A stretch of DNA of 64,000 nt from an uncultured Desulfurococcaceae archaeon (GTDB lineage: Archaea > Thermoproteota > Thermoprotei_A > Sulfolobales > NBVN01). The translations under genes were made by a program, and so were the position numbers. The DNA lies in the NCBI GenBank assembly GCA_964592745.1, contig CAZQFL010000006.1, positions 4,942 through 68,941 of the forward strand, given 5' to 3'. The notes beneath the pieces are model-generated. The model worked only from the letters and a program-made list of their open reading frames with translations, had not been told where the DNA came from and ran no database searches. Shown piece after piece: positions 43,006 to 51,914 of the stretch (positions are counted from its first letter, which is position 1; each line of letters opens with the position of its first letter).

Positions 43006-43267
43006 TGAGCTTAGTTAACGGTACCGGAAAGCCTCTTTAATTGCTATTAGTACATCAACACAGTCGATCCTTAATTTAAGATCATCATACTTCTTACTGA
43101 AACCCCTCCTCAATATTTTCATAACGATACTTAATCACCTGGAATTTAGAGGTTAGAGGTTTAACTTAGTATTTAAAGGATGAAGAAGCCTAATAATATA
43201 GATGAGCGAGGTCTATAAGCGCTGAATCATGATGACAAACCCACGCTGCGATGCTTTCTCCAAGTTT

Positions 43268-43324
43268 AAAATCAGACAAATGCCTTCTCATCAATATTCA
43301 GTTCCAGGGGTACTCATCACGCCA
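43268..43324 (-). ncRNA. C/D box sRNA (2'-O-methylation guide)
   Basis: Minus-strand read: GC-GTGATGA-GTACCCCTGGAA-CTGA-ATAT-TGATGA-GAAGGCATTTGT-CTGA. It has consensus C, D', C' and D boxes with two 12-nt guides. It is intergenic. Confidence 0.8.
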
Positions 43325-43367
43325 GTCTATATTAATCTTCACTACTTAAAAACTTAGGAGTACAGTC

Positions 43368-43628
43368 TTGAGGCTGAATATTATACTAAGGTCTTTAAGA
43401 ATACCTATACTACTCTCTTTATATGCTATAGTTTGGCTTAGCCTACAACCATTTATAATTAAATTACTGACTACGAACTACTTAGGTACTTCGGAACTAG
43501 CTAATGTTATCTCTGTAATTGTATATTTCGTAATTAATGTAGGATGGTTGTATAGTTGGTATAGATTGGCTAAGGAAGTAAGGAATAGAGCCTTAGTAAA
43601 GCACATCTTGAATAGTAAAAAAGGATAG
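43368..43628 (+). CDS. Small hypothetical membrane protein (2 TM)
   Basis: 86 aa, TTG start, two hydrophobic helices. No family recognised. Confidence 0.35.
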   Translation: MRLNIILRSLRIPILLSLYAIVWLSLQPFIIKLLTTNYLGTSELANVISVIVYFVINVGWLYSWYRLAKEVRNRALVKHILNSKKG

Positions 43629-43633
43629 CTTAG

Positions 43634-43688
43634 GTTCAGCGCTACAGTGGGTCATCACGTATCAGGCCGCCCGTCGTTGACATCATTA
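43634..43688 (-). ncRNA. C/D box sRNA candidate
   Basis: Minus-strand read: ATGATGT-CAACGACGGGCGGC-CTGA-TAC-GTGATGA-CCCACTGTAGCG-CTGA. It is a GC-rich island just 3' of the leuS stop. The C'/D half is perfect. The C box has one mismatch and a 14-nt spacer. Confidence 0.6.
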
Positions 43689-43699
43689 CCTACGTATAA

Positions 43700-46685
43700 C
43701 TATTTACCACTGATTATATATATGCTTGGTCTCCAAGGTAATGCGTATCTCTTCCTTCCACCAAGGTCTGGTACTTTAGGATCATTAGACATGTATATAG
43801 CTCTGATTTTAATGTTGCATGACCTTTCTATGTATTCCTTAAATTGATTAATTACTTCATATTCATCCAATCCTCTAATCCTTATTAAGTACTCCAAGTA
43901 CTGCCTAGGTAGCTTCATTACTAACTCATAAAGTACTTGTAGGTTTCTTACGACCTCCTTACCTTTAAATCCTAACTTACCCATCTCCCTACCTAGTAGT
44001 CTCAACACATCAGAGAACTTACCACCCTTGATAACGACATCGTAAACTTTAGCTAAGTACTCATAGTAGTTCCTTGGTGCAACGTAGATTACCGCCTCAT
44101 TTCCTCCAACAACTTTAACGAGTTCTCTTAAATCTTCAACTAAGTTATCAATAAACATTATCTTAAGCTCTACATCAGGTTTGAAATATTTCTTCAAGTA
44201 ATTAAGTGGAGGTATCTTTTCGGTAACAATCAAACTCTCATTACCTATTACGTGCCATAACTCCTCAGCTATGAATGGTGTAAACCATGACATCATGATG
44301 AGCCATAATTTAATATACTCGTCCACTACTTTTGATGGCTTATTAACCATTGATAGATACTTCTTTAAGTCTTGATACATTAAATAAAACACTCTTATAC
44401 CTGCTGCTCTAATTCTGACACTATTCAACTCATTAATGACTCTTTCAACGTGACTATATAACCTACTCATAAGCCACTGCTCAGGCATTTCAAACGAGTC
44501 AGTCTTATCAGTTACTGAGATATCTCTTATTAATTTTTCAATATCCATTAATCTTTCAATAGCTCTATTAACAGCTTCCTCACTAAAGTTTAAGTCCTGC
44601 TCAACTTCAGCTTCAGTAGCTATTGTCAATCTAACTACATCAGCTGAGTAATTATCAATTAAACCTCTAAGAGTCCTTATATTCCCTTTTGATTTAGCCA
44701 TCTTTTCTCCTTTTATCAAGACCCAACCATTAGCTACTATTTGCTTAGGCCACTTATCCTCGGGGAATATAGCTACGTGGTTAAATATGAAGTACGTTAA
44801 GTGATTAGGTATTAAGTCCTTACCACTATGCCTAGAATCTAATGGGTACCAGTAATTGAACTCATTTCTTATATCATCAAGTACCTCCCTAGGTATTCCT
44901 AATTTCTTAGATAACTCATTACTTGAACCTACCCCGAGCATTACGTAATCCCAGAACTCACTTGTTAACTTACTTGGGTCTATCCTATACTTCCTTATCT
45001 TATGTATTACAGTGTAAAACGCCATGTATATAGTGGAGTCACTTAATGACTCAATAATCCATCCCTTTTCCCACGGTAATTCAGTACCTAAACCCCTAGT
45101 CCTAGCGCAAGCCTTAGCTCTTAACCAATCAATAGTTGCCTCAAATTGCTTACGTGCTTCCTCAGGAACTATCCTCATCTTACTTAAAGCCTTTCTAGTC
45201 AACTCCTTCCAGTCCTTATTACCATAATCTATAAACCATTGGTTCTCTAAGATCTTTACTACTATTTCAGTACCACATCTACAGTAAACTGGAGCATTCA
45301 TTACTTCATACATAACGTCACCGTAACCATGGGCTATTAAGAATTCCTTGATTTTCTCCCTCGCCTCACTAACTTTGATATTTACTATTTCCTTGCAGAC
45401 AAAGTCCTTAGCACCACTAATTACTTCGTGCATAATCAAATCGCAGACATCACTTCTCATATAGCCTCTCTCAAACTCCTCCTTGTAAACCTCTTTTGTA
45501 GCTCTATCCAGTAATTCCCTATCTAATTGTGACTTGACTCCTAATCTCTTAATGACATCAGCTGCTGGCACTTCCGAATAACCTTTAACTGATATTAATG
45601 GTATTGGCTTATACTCACCCCAAGCATCATGATTATCAGTACCTAAATAATCTCTTAAGGCTGCATAATCGTAGGGTGCATGGGCTGGCACGCTCATCAC
45701 AACGCCTGTGCCATACCTTGGATTTACGAACTTACCAGGCAGTATCTTCACCTTATTACCTGTTAATGGATTTATGACATATTTTCCTATAAGGTCTTTA
45801 GGGTCTACCTTTTCTTTCACGATTATCCTCTTCTGGTAACTTAATCTATGTGCTGCATCACATGCAAGTATCCACGTTTCTTCACCCTTTTGCGTCCTTA
45901 CGATGACTTTACAATATGCTGCTTCAGGATTAACCCATATATTAGTTACTCCAAGAACTGTCTCAGGTCGTAAAGTTGCTGTAGGGAAGTAGGCCTCACT
46001 TTCAACACCTTTAAATTTAATTATTGTAAATTCATCTATCTCGGGTTCAACATCGTCCTTCGTATCATGCATACTCACAGGCATGTTATGGTAGGGACAC
46101 CAACCAACAGGGTATGTACCCTTAATTAAGAATCCCCTGCTTCTCAGCTTTTCAAACTGCCACCTTATGAAAGCCTTAAATTCAGGATCTATACTTGTAA
46201 ATTCTCTTCTCCAATCTATAGATAAACCGAAATCCTTCATAGCCTCCTTACTAACTTCATGAAAGTATCTAGCAAGTTTTAATGGTTCATTAAGTTTCCT
46301 AAGTTCACTCTCGGATATTCCAAAGTTTTGAGATAACCTTTTAATTAATGCCTCATCATTCTTAGCTATTCTCTCAGCTACGGCTAGTATGGGTGTTCCT
46401 GTATAATGGAATGCCATAGGGAACAATACGTTAATACCCATAGACCTCTTAAATCTTGCTAAGACGTCAGGTATTAGGTAAGTTCTAGCATGTCCTATGT
46501 GAGCTGGGCCGTTGGGATACATGAATGCTGCAGTTAAGAAGTATTTAGGCCTTGAAGGGTCAGGATCCGCGTCATAAACTCTTCTCTCATACCATACCTT
46601 AACCCACTTTCTCGCTATACCCTTAAGGTATTCAATATACTCTTCATACTTAGCAATAAACGAACCCCAACCTATAACCTCGCAT
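43700..46685 (-). CDS. leuS: Leucyl-tRNA synthetase (5' end needs a 1-nt frame correction)
   Basis: HIGH motif (PAHIGH), KMSKS (KMAKSKG), CP1 editing domain. The track ORF starts at MYPNG (46522), but 53 conserved codons upstream (...IARKWVKVWYERRVYDADPDPSRPKYFLTAAF) are open without a canonical start. ATG 46685 is out of frame by one nt across a GGGG run. Confidence 0.85.
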
Positions 46686-46721
46686 TAAGAAAAATTAAAG
46701 CTTTACTAACTTCAAGGAAAG

Positions 46722-46780
46722 TATCAGTAATACGGGGCTTATCATCCCTTACGGTCATACCGTGCTCCGCTCATCACATC
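46722..46780 (-). ncRNA. C/D box sRNA candidate
   Basis: Minus-strand read: GTGATGA-GCGGAGCACGGT-ATGA-CCGTAAGGG-ATGATAA-GCCCCGTATTA-CTGA. C and D boxes are consensus; D' and C' each have one mismatch. It is a GC-rich island just upstream of leuS. Confidence 0.5.
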
Positions 46781-46824
46781 TGTAATATATCGGTTAAAAG
46801 GGATTATATATCTGGGGTTAGAGG

Positions 46825-47229
46825 TTGAAGGCTATCGTAAAGGTTGATGGTAAAGGGAGAATCACTATACCTCTATACATCAGGGAGAGTATAGGTCTAG
46901 AACCTGATTCCTATGTTGAAATAGAAGTTATTGAGGGCGGTAAAGAGTTAAGGTTAAGACCTATTGCAAAATCTGATGAAGTACTAGCTGACTTAACTGT
47001 TGAATTACATAGTATTAATGATTTACATAAACTCATAGATGAAGTTGTTAGGGAGGGAGCTGATATTAAGCTATTAAAGTGTAGGTCATTAAATGAGGAG
47101 AGGTATTCCTGTACAATAACTATAGGTGTAATAGATGTTGAGTTAGTTGAGATATTACGTAGTACGCTAAGTAAGGCTAGACTACCCATAAGTTCAATTA
47201 ATATTGTTAGTAGGAGGTTAAGATTATGA
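46825..47229 (+). CDS. AbrB/SpoVT-domain DNA-binding protein with a C-terminal accessory domain
   Basis: N-terminus KVDGKGRITIPLYIRESIGLEPDSYVEIEV forms a swapped-hairpin AbrB motif. TTG start. Confidence 0.65.
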   Translation: MKAIVKVDGKGRITIPLYIRESIGLEPDSYVEIEVIEGGKELRLRPIAKSDEVLADLTVELHSINDLHKLIDEVVREGADIKLLKCRSLNEERYSCTITIGVIDVELVEILRSTLSKARLPISSINIVSRRLRL

Positions 47230-47981
47230 CTATACATGTAGGTACATGCGGTTTCTCAGTAAGTAGAAAGAGGTATTTTGAGAAATTCACAACCATTGAG
47301 TTACAAGATACTTTCTACAATAAACCTGATCCTGATAAGTTAAGTAGGTTAAGAGAGGAAGCACCTAATCAGTTCATATTTAATATGAAGGCATGGCAAG
47401 CAATAACACACCCACCCACAATGCCTACATGGAGAAGAGCTAAAGTTAAGATTCCTAAAGATAAAGCAAACGTGTATGGATTCTTAAGACCTACTAAGGA
47501 GAATTTTGAAGCTTGGGATGTTATAGTCAAGGCGTCTAAGATAATTCAGGCACGTGTTATAGTGATTCAATTACCTTCATCCTTTAAATGTACAGAGGAG
47601 AATGTGAACAATATGAAGGAGTTTCTAAGTACAATTGCAAGTAAGACCGAGCCTATAGTAGGTATTGAGGTAAGAGGTGATTGGAGAGAAAATGAAGGAA
47701 AGTTAAGAGAGGTTCTCATGGAATTTAAGAATATCATACACATAGTTGATCCATTCAGATGGGAACCAGTAAAGATAGAGGATGTAACATACTTTAGACT
47801 ACATGGATTAGGAGGCCGTGAAGTTAACTATAAGTATAAGTATACTGATGATGACCTACGTAAATTAAGGGATATCATTAAGAAGTTCTTAAGTACGTCA
47901 AGGGAAGTATTCGTAATGTTTAATAATATCTACATGTATGACGACGCACTAAGATTTAAGGAACTCCTCCAGCAAGTTTAA
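47226..47981 (+). CDS. DUF72 (UPF0759) family protein
   Basis: 251 aa. IHVGTCGFSVSRKRYFEKFTTIELQDTFYNKP is the typical DUF72 N-terminus. Confidence 0.7.
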   Translation: MTIHVGTCGFSVSRKRYFEKFTTIELQDTFYNKPDPDKLSRLREEAPNQFIFNMKAWQAITHPPTMPTWRRAKVKIPKDKANVYGFLRPTKENFEAWDVIVKASKIIQARVIVIQLPSSFKCTEENVNNMKEFLSTIASKTEPIVGIEVRGDWRENEGKLREVLMEFKNIIHIVDPFRWEPVKIEDVTYFRLHGLGGREVNYKYKYTDDDLRKLRDIIKKFLSTSREVFVMFNNIYMYDDALRFKELLQQV

Positions 47982-48990
47982 GAGCTGCATCAAGTACTTC
48001 CTTAACACCTATACCTTTTAATGCACTCATACAGTAAATCTCACCATCAAATACTGACTTAACAATATTAATAACTAATTCTAACCTCTTCTTACTAACG
48101 ATATCGATTTTATTTATAGCTACCAACATCTTTCTCTTCCATTCATTAAATGTCGTCAATAGATTCTTAAGTAGGGTAATTTGCCTATCTAAACTATAAT
48201 AAGATCCTTCGTACGGATCTATTATGAATATTATAGAATCAGGTAAGTTCTTAAGAGCTACTAGTGCTTTTCTCTCAATAGGATTTAGTTCATCTAATGG
48301 TCTATCAAGAATTCCTGGTGTGTCAATTACTTGAATTCTCCTATAGTTAATTTCAAGGTGTCCTACTATGATTTCCTTAGTGGTGAATGGAAAAGGTGAT
48401 ATTTCAGGCTTAGCACTTGAAACCTTACTAACAAATGTTGATTTACCTACTTGAGGCATACCTGCCACAACTATCTTAGGTTCACTCATGACTATACATG
48501 GTAACTTCCTTAGTTCAATAACCACCTCCTTAAGACATTCTAAATCCTTTCTTAAACGTCTAAATACTGAGAGTACCCTACCCACGTATTCTCTTGATAG
48601 CTTTCTTGCTTCAGGTACGTCAAAGCTTAACCTTATTCTCTCACTATACTCCCTTGTAAGCTTTTTAATAACTGACTTGTAGCCAATGATTTTATCTATG
48701 ACATCATTATATCTATTACCTATGCATGACATTGCTATTAAGTCTCTATAGAATTGGTGGAGCTCGTCATACTTGGGTAGTAATTCTATGTTCCTGTAAA
48801 AATCGCTCATTAGGTAATCATGTATTCTTTCAACCTTAATTAAGTACTTAACTAGACCCTTCTTCCTTACTGATTTAGCTACACTTACCTTTGAGTTGTA
48901 AATCTTCAATATCCTGGTCCTGATCTCATCAAACGTCCTGATCCTTACACCTTTTAACTGATTACTTAAGCATAACCTTTCCTCTTCCAA
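47956..48990 (-). CDS. NOG1-family GTP-binding protein
   Basis: N-terminal helical NOG1 domain plus G motifs GMPQVGKST, DTPG and NKID. Confidence 0.8.
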   Translation of the reverse strand: MEEERLCLSNQLKGVRIRTFDEIRTRILKIYNSKVSVAKSVRKKGLVKYLIKVERIHDYLMSDFYRNIELLPKYDELHQFYRDLIAMSCIGNRYNDVIDKIIGYKSVIKKLTREYSERIRLSFDVPEARKLSREYVGRVLSVFRRLRKDLECLKEVVIELRKLPCIVMSEPKIVVAGMPQVGKSTFVSKVSSAKPEISPFPFTTKEIIVGHLEINYRRIQVIDTPGILDRPLDELNPIERKALVALKNLPDSIIFIIDPYEGSYYSLDRQITLLKNLLTTFNEWKRKMLVAINKIDIVSKKRLELVINIVKSVFDGEIYCMSALKGIGVKEVLDAALKLAGGVP

Positions 48991-49229
48991 ACCACTTTCC
49001 CTCTATATTTTATAGCTACTATTCTGTGGTGAGGAATTACCCTCTCACCAATTATAATCCTATCCTTCAATATCTCAGTATCCCTGCTTAATTTAACTTC
49101 ATTTACATTACTTTGACCTCCTGACCTATCTATGATGTCTATTGTAACGTCCTCTAAGCTACGTCCACTCATCCACCATAGCTTCTTTAATGTTCTCTCA
49201 ATAGTTTCTCTACTCATGTTACTCATCAC
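48966..49229 (-). CDS. DUF504 (UPF0248) family protein
   Basis: 87 aa. ...VIPHHRIVAIKYRGKVVWKRK is the family-typical C-terminus. Confidence 0.55.
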   Translation of the reverse strand: MMSNMSRETIERTLKKLWWMSGRSLEDVTIDIIDRSGGQSNVNEVKLSRDTEILKDRIIIGERVIPHHRIVAIKYRGKVVWKRKGYA

Positions 49230-49275
49230 TCACATTATGGGTACAAACTCTTAAATTCCTGATTACGAGATAGCA

Positions 49276-49893
49276 GTGGTGTTAAGTGTGGGCTATGAAA
49301 GGTTGGGAACTGGTGCTACTGCCGTAGGTATTAGAACTAGTGAGGCTGTTGTTCTTGCTGCTGAGAAGAGAGTATCTTATGGAGGATTCGTAATGAGTAG
49401 AACAGCTAAGAAGGTATTTGGTGTCAAGGATAGATATGGTTTCGCATTTGCTGGTTTATTTGCTGACATTCAAACTCTTAAGAGAATCATGGAAGTTGAG
49501 ATACATGCTTACGAAGTAACTAATGCTAGACCTATGAGTGTGAGAGCAGCAGCTAGACTTCTCTCAGTAATTCTCTACCAATATAAGAATTCTCCATATC
49601 TATCGGAGATAATATTTGGAGGTATTGATGAGGAAGGAACACATCTATACGTTATGGATTCATTAGGTTCAATGATAGAGGATGATTATGCGGCCATAGG
49701 TACTGGAGCTCCAATAGCTATAGGTATCATAGAGAACAGGTATAAAAAAGACTTAAGTGTTGAAGAGATTGAGAAGCTAGCTATTGAAGCTGTTAAAGCA
49801 GCTATAAGACGTGATGCTGTCTCAGGTGATGGCGTTGACGTTGTACTCATAACTAAGAAGGGGATTAAAGAGTCCTCATACACTATAGAGTAA
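49276..49893 (+). CDS. psmB: Proteasome beta subunit
   Basis: 205 aa. Propeptide, then ...GATAVGIRTSEAVVLAAEKR... and an Ntn-hydrolase fold. GTG start. Confidence 0.85.
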   Translation: MVLSVGYERLGTGATAVGIRTSEAVVLAAEKRVSYGGFVMSRTAKKVFGVKDRYGFAFAGLFADIQTLKRIMEVEIHAYEVTNARPMSVRAAARLLSVILYQYKNSPYLSEIIFGGIDEEGTHLYVMDSLGSMIEDDYAAIGTGAPIAIGIIENRYKKDLSVEEIEKLAIEAVKAAIRRDAVSGDGVDVVLITKKGIKESSYTIE

Positions 49894-49903
49894 GGAGTGA
49901 GGG

Positions 49904-50578
49904 ATGAACACCTTCGACATCCAGAGAGCAATAGCACTTCAAAAATTTCTTTCAAGTCTTGTTAAAAAGGAAGGTAAAATAGATAAGTTAAAGAATATTG
50001 TAGGTCTTGATGTAGCTTATGTAGGCAGTACTGGTGTAGCTGTAGCAGCACTACTTGAATACCCTTCATTAACACTAAAAGAATACGTGGTAATCCGGGG
50101 GTATGTCCCCATACCCTACATTCCAGGTCTTCTTGCATTTCGCGAAGCACCTTTATTAATTAAGGCTTATGAGAAATTAGGTAGTAACGCTGACTTAGTA
50201 ATTGTTGATGGTCACGGAATAACTCATCCAAGGAAATTCGGTATAGCATCACATATAGGTGTAGTGCTTGATGTACCATCGATAGGTGCGGCTAAGAGGA
50301 TACTTACGGGAAGTATAGTTGAAGTTAATGGCCGTAAATACCTAACTACAGTAGATAAAGAGTTAGGTGCTATCGTTGTTGAACGAGGAAAGAAAAAAGT
50401 TTACTTAAGTATAGGTCATAAGATTTCCCTTAAAGAAATTGGGAGATTAGTACCTAAGATATTTAAGAATCACTACTTACCTGAACCAACATATATAGCT
50501 GACCTCATAACGAAGAGGGAGAGGAGGAAGATAATTAATGAAGGGAGTAACAAAAAAGACCGTAACTATAATTTGTAA
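49904..50578 (+). CDS. nfi: Endonuclease V
   Basis: VGLDVAY (catalytic Asp) and VDGHGITHPRKFGIASHIGV motifs. Confidence 0.85.
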   Translation: MNTFDIQRAIALQKFLSSLVKKEGKIDKLKNIVGLDVAYVGSTGVAVAALLEYPSLTLKEYVVIRGYVPIPYIPGLLAFREAPLLIKAYEKLGSNADLVIVDGHGITHPRKFGIASHIGVVLDVPSIGAAKRILTGSIVEVNGRKYLTTVDKELGAIVVERGKKKVYLSIGHKISLKEIGRLVPKIFKNHYLPEPTYIADLITKRERRKIINEGSNKKDRNYNL

Positions 50579-50978
50579 AGTAGTTAGTGGTGTTGGTGAA
50601 GGAGAAAAGTACGTAAGACTTAGTCACTATGAAGATATTCTTAAGAAGCTTCTTAATGGAGAGAAGCCCTATCCTGGTACATTAAACATTCATTGCAATA
50701 TTAATTATAAAGAATTAGCTAATACATGTAAACCCAAAGTCATACCTAACATGAAAGGTTATGGCGGCTTTTACTATTGGTATGCTATCTTAGAAGATCT
50801 TAAATTAGGTAATGATTCTGCAAGACTTAACGTAATTGTTCTAAGGCCTTTCCTAAGCAGGCATGAAGAATATGTCTTAGAAATAGTATCTAATATTTAT
50901 TTAAGGGGTTACTTAATGTTAAGGGATGGTGATGCAGTAAAACTAAGCTTAGTATGTAATGAGGAATACGGGAAGTAG
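50538..50978 (+). CDS. ribK: CTP-dependent riboflavin kinase (archaeal type)
   Basis: VVSGVGEGEKYV...PYPGTLNI motif set of the MJ0056 family. The start overlaps the nfi end and is uncertain. Confidence 0.75.
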   Translation: MKGVTKKTVTIICKVVSGVGEGEKYVRLSHYEDILKKLLNGEKPYPGTLNIHCNINYKELANTCKPKVIPNMKGYGGFYYWYAILEDLKLGNDSARLNVIVLRPFLSRHEEYVLEIVSNIYLRGYLMLRDGDAVKLSLVCNEEYGK

Positions 50979-50980
50979 CA

Positions 50981-51403
50981 ATGACTAGATTTAAATGCTA
51001 TCGATGTATCCATTGCTGTTTCTTCGTATCACCTAACGATTACCCCATATTACTTAAGGAGGAGGTAGTTAAGTTAAGAAGCTTAGCTAAAAAGTATAAG
51101 GTTAACCTGACCTTTAAGAAGATTAATAGTAACTTTTACTTATGGGTCATAGATGGTTTTTGTCCATTCTATGATGTCAAGAGAAGGGGATGTTTAATTC
51201 ATGATGAGAAGCCACTATCTTGTAAAATGTTCCCCCTACTACTAAATATAAGAACTAGAGAGGTTGGTGCTTCAATGTTATGTGACTGGGTAGCTAAGAA
51301 CATTAACATAATAGCTAACCTAGATTTAAAGAATGTATTTCCTAATGAAGTAGAAGCTTTAATAGAGCTGTACAAGAAAATTATAGAATCGCAAGGAGGA
51401 TAG
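50981..51403 (+). CDS. YkgJ-family (UPF0153) cysteine-cluster protein
   Basis: CYRCIHCC ... FCPFYD...CLIHDEKPLSCKMFP cysteine pattern. Confidence 0.7.
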   Translation: MTRFKCYRCIHCCFFVSPNDYPILLKEEVVKLRSLAKKYKVNLTFKKINSNFYLWVIDGFCPFYDVKRRGCLIHDEKPLSCKMFPLLLNIRTREVGASMLCDWVAKNINIIANLDLKNVFPNEVEALIELYKKIIESQGG

Positions 51404-51405
51404 TC

Positions 51406-51663
51406 ATGAGTAAGGGTAAGCTGCTAGGAACTAAAGGTACTTCAAGAACTGACATATTCTTCACTACATATGATGAGAAAGTAGCTAAAAACCTCATTAA
51501 CATTATTAAAAGTAAATATAAAGTCCTAAAGGTATCACGTAGCAAAGTACTAAGTGAGTTTTATTATATATCATTAGAGGGAAAAGTTAAGGATGTGGAA
51601 GATATCGTATCAGCCATTAAGGGAATTACTTGGTACAAGATTGATTACGTAGAATTTAAGTAA
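51406..51663 (+). CDS. Hypothetical protein (85 aa)
   Basis: Tightly follows the preceding gene with a 2-nt spacer. No family recognised. Confidence 0.4.
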   Translation: MSKGKLLGTKGTSRTDIFFTTYDEKVAKNLINIIKSKYKVLKVSRSKVLSEFYYISLEGKVKDVEDIVSAIKGITWYKIDYVEFK

Positions 51664-51695
51664 GGTATTATTACGTTAATTAAGCTCTATCTAAT

Positions 51696-51914
51696 TTACA
51701 AACCTAAAGCTCTATCAAAAACTATTAACGTGATTATGATAGAAAGCGAAAACACTATTAGAAATAAGAGCATAAGTACTTCATTAACCTTTGAGTGGTT
51801 AGTACTGATGCTATGTAGTATTACAATTACAGCAAGAACTACTAATGCCACTATTACCTTGAACTTTGAGTATGTACTCAAATCATCTTTAGATGAGCTT
51901 GATCTTAATACCAC
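51696..51914 (-). CDS. Small two-TM membrane protein (possible CedA2-like)
   Basis: 72 aa, two hydrophobic helices. Overlaps the end of the upstream polytopic gene by 26 nt. Confidence 0.4.
   Translation of the reverse strand: MVLRSSSSKDDLSTYSKFKVIVALVVLAVIVILHSISTNHSKVNEVLMLLFLIVFSLSIIITLIVFDRALGL

Noticed and set aside
43225-43262. Plus-strand ATGATGA followed by CAAACCCACGCTG
   Set aside because: No D or D' CTGA box lies at an appropriate distance on that strand.
43647-43847. Track ORF (66 aa, plus strand)
   Set aside because: It is antisense to the leuS 3' end, and its start lies inside the C/D sRNA candidate.
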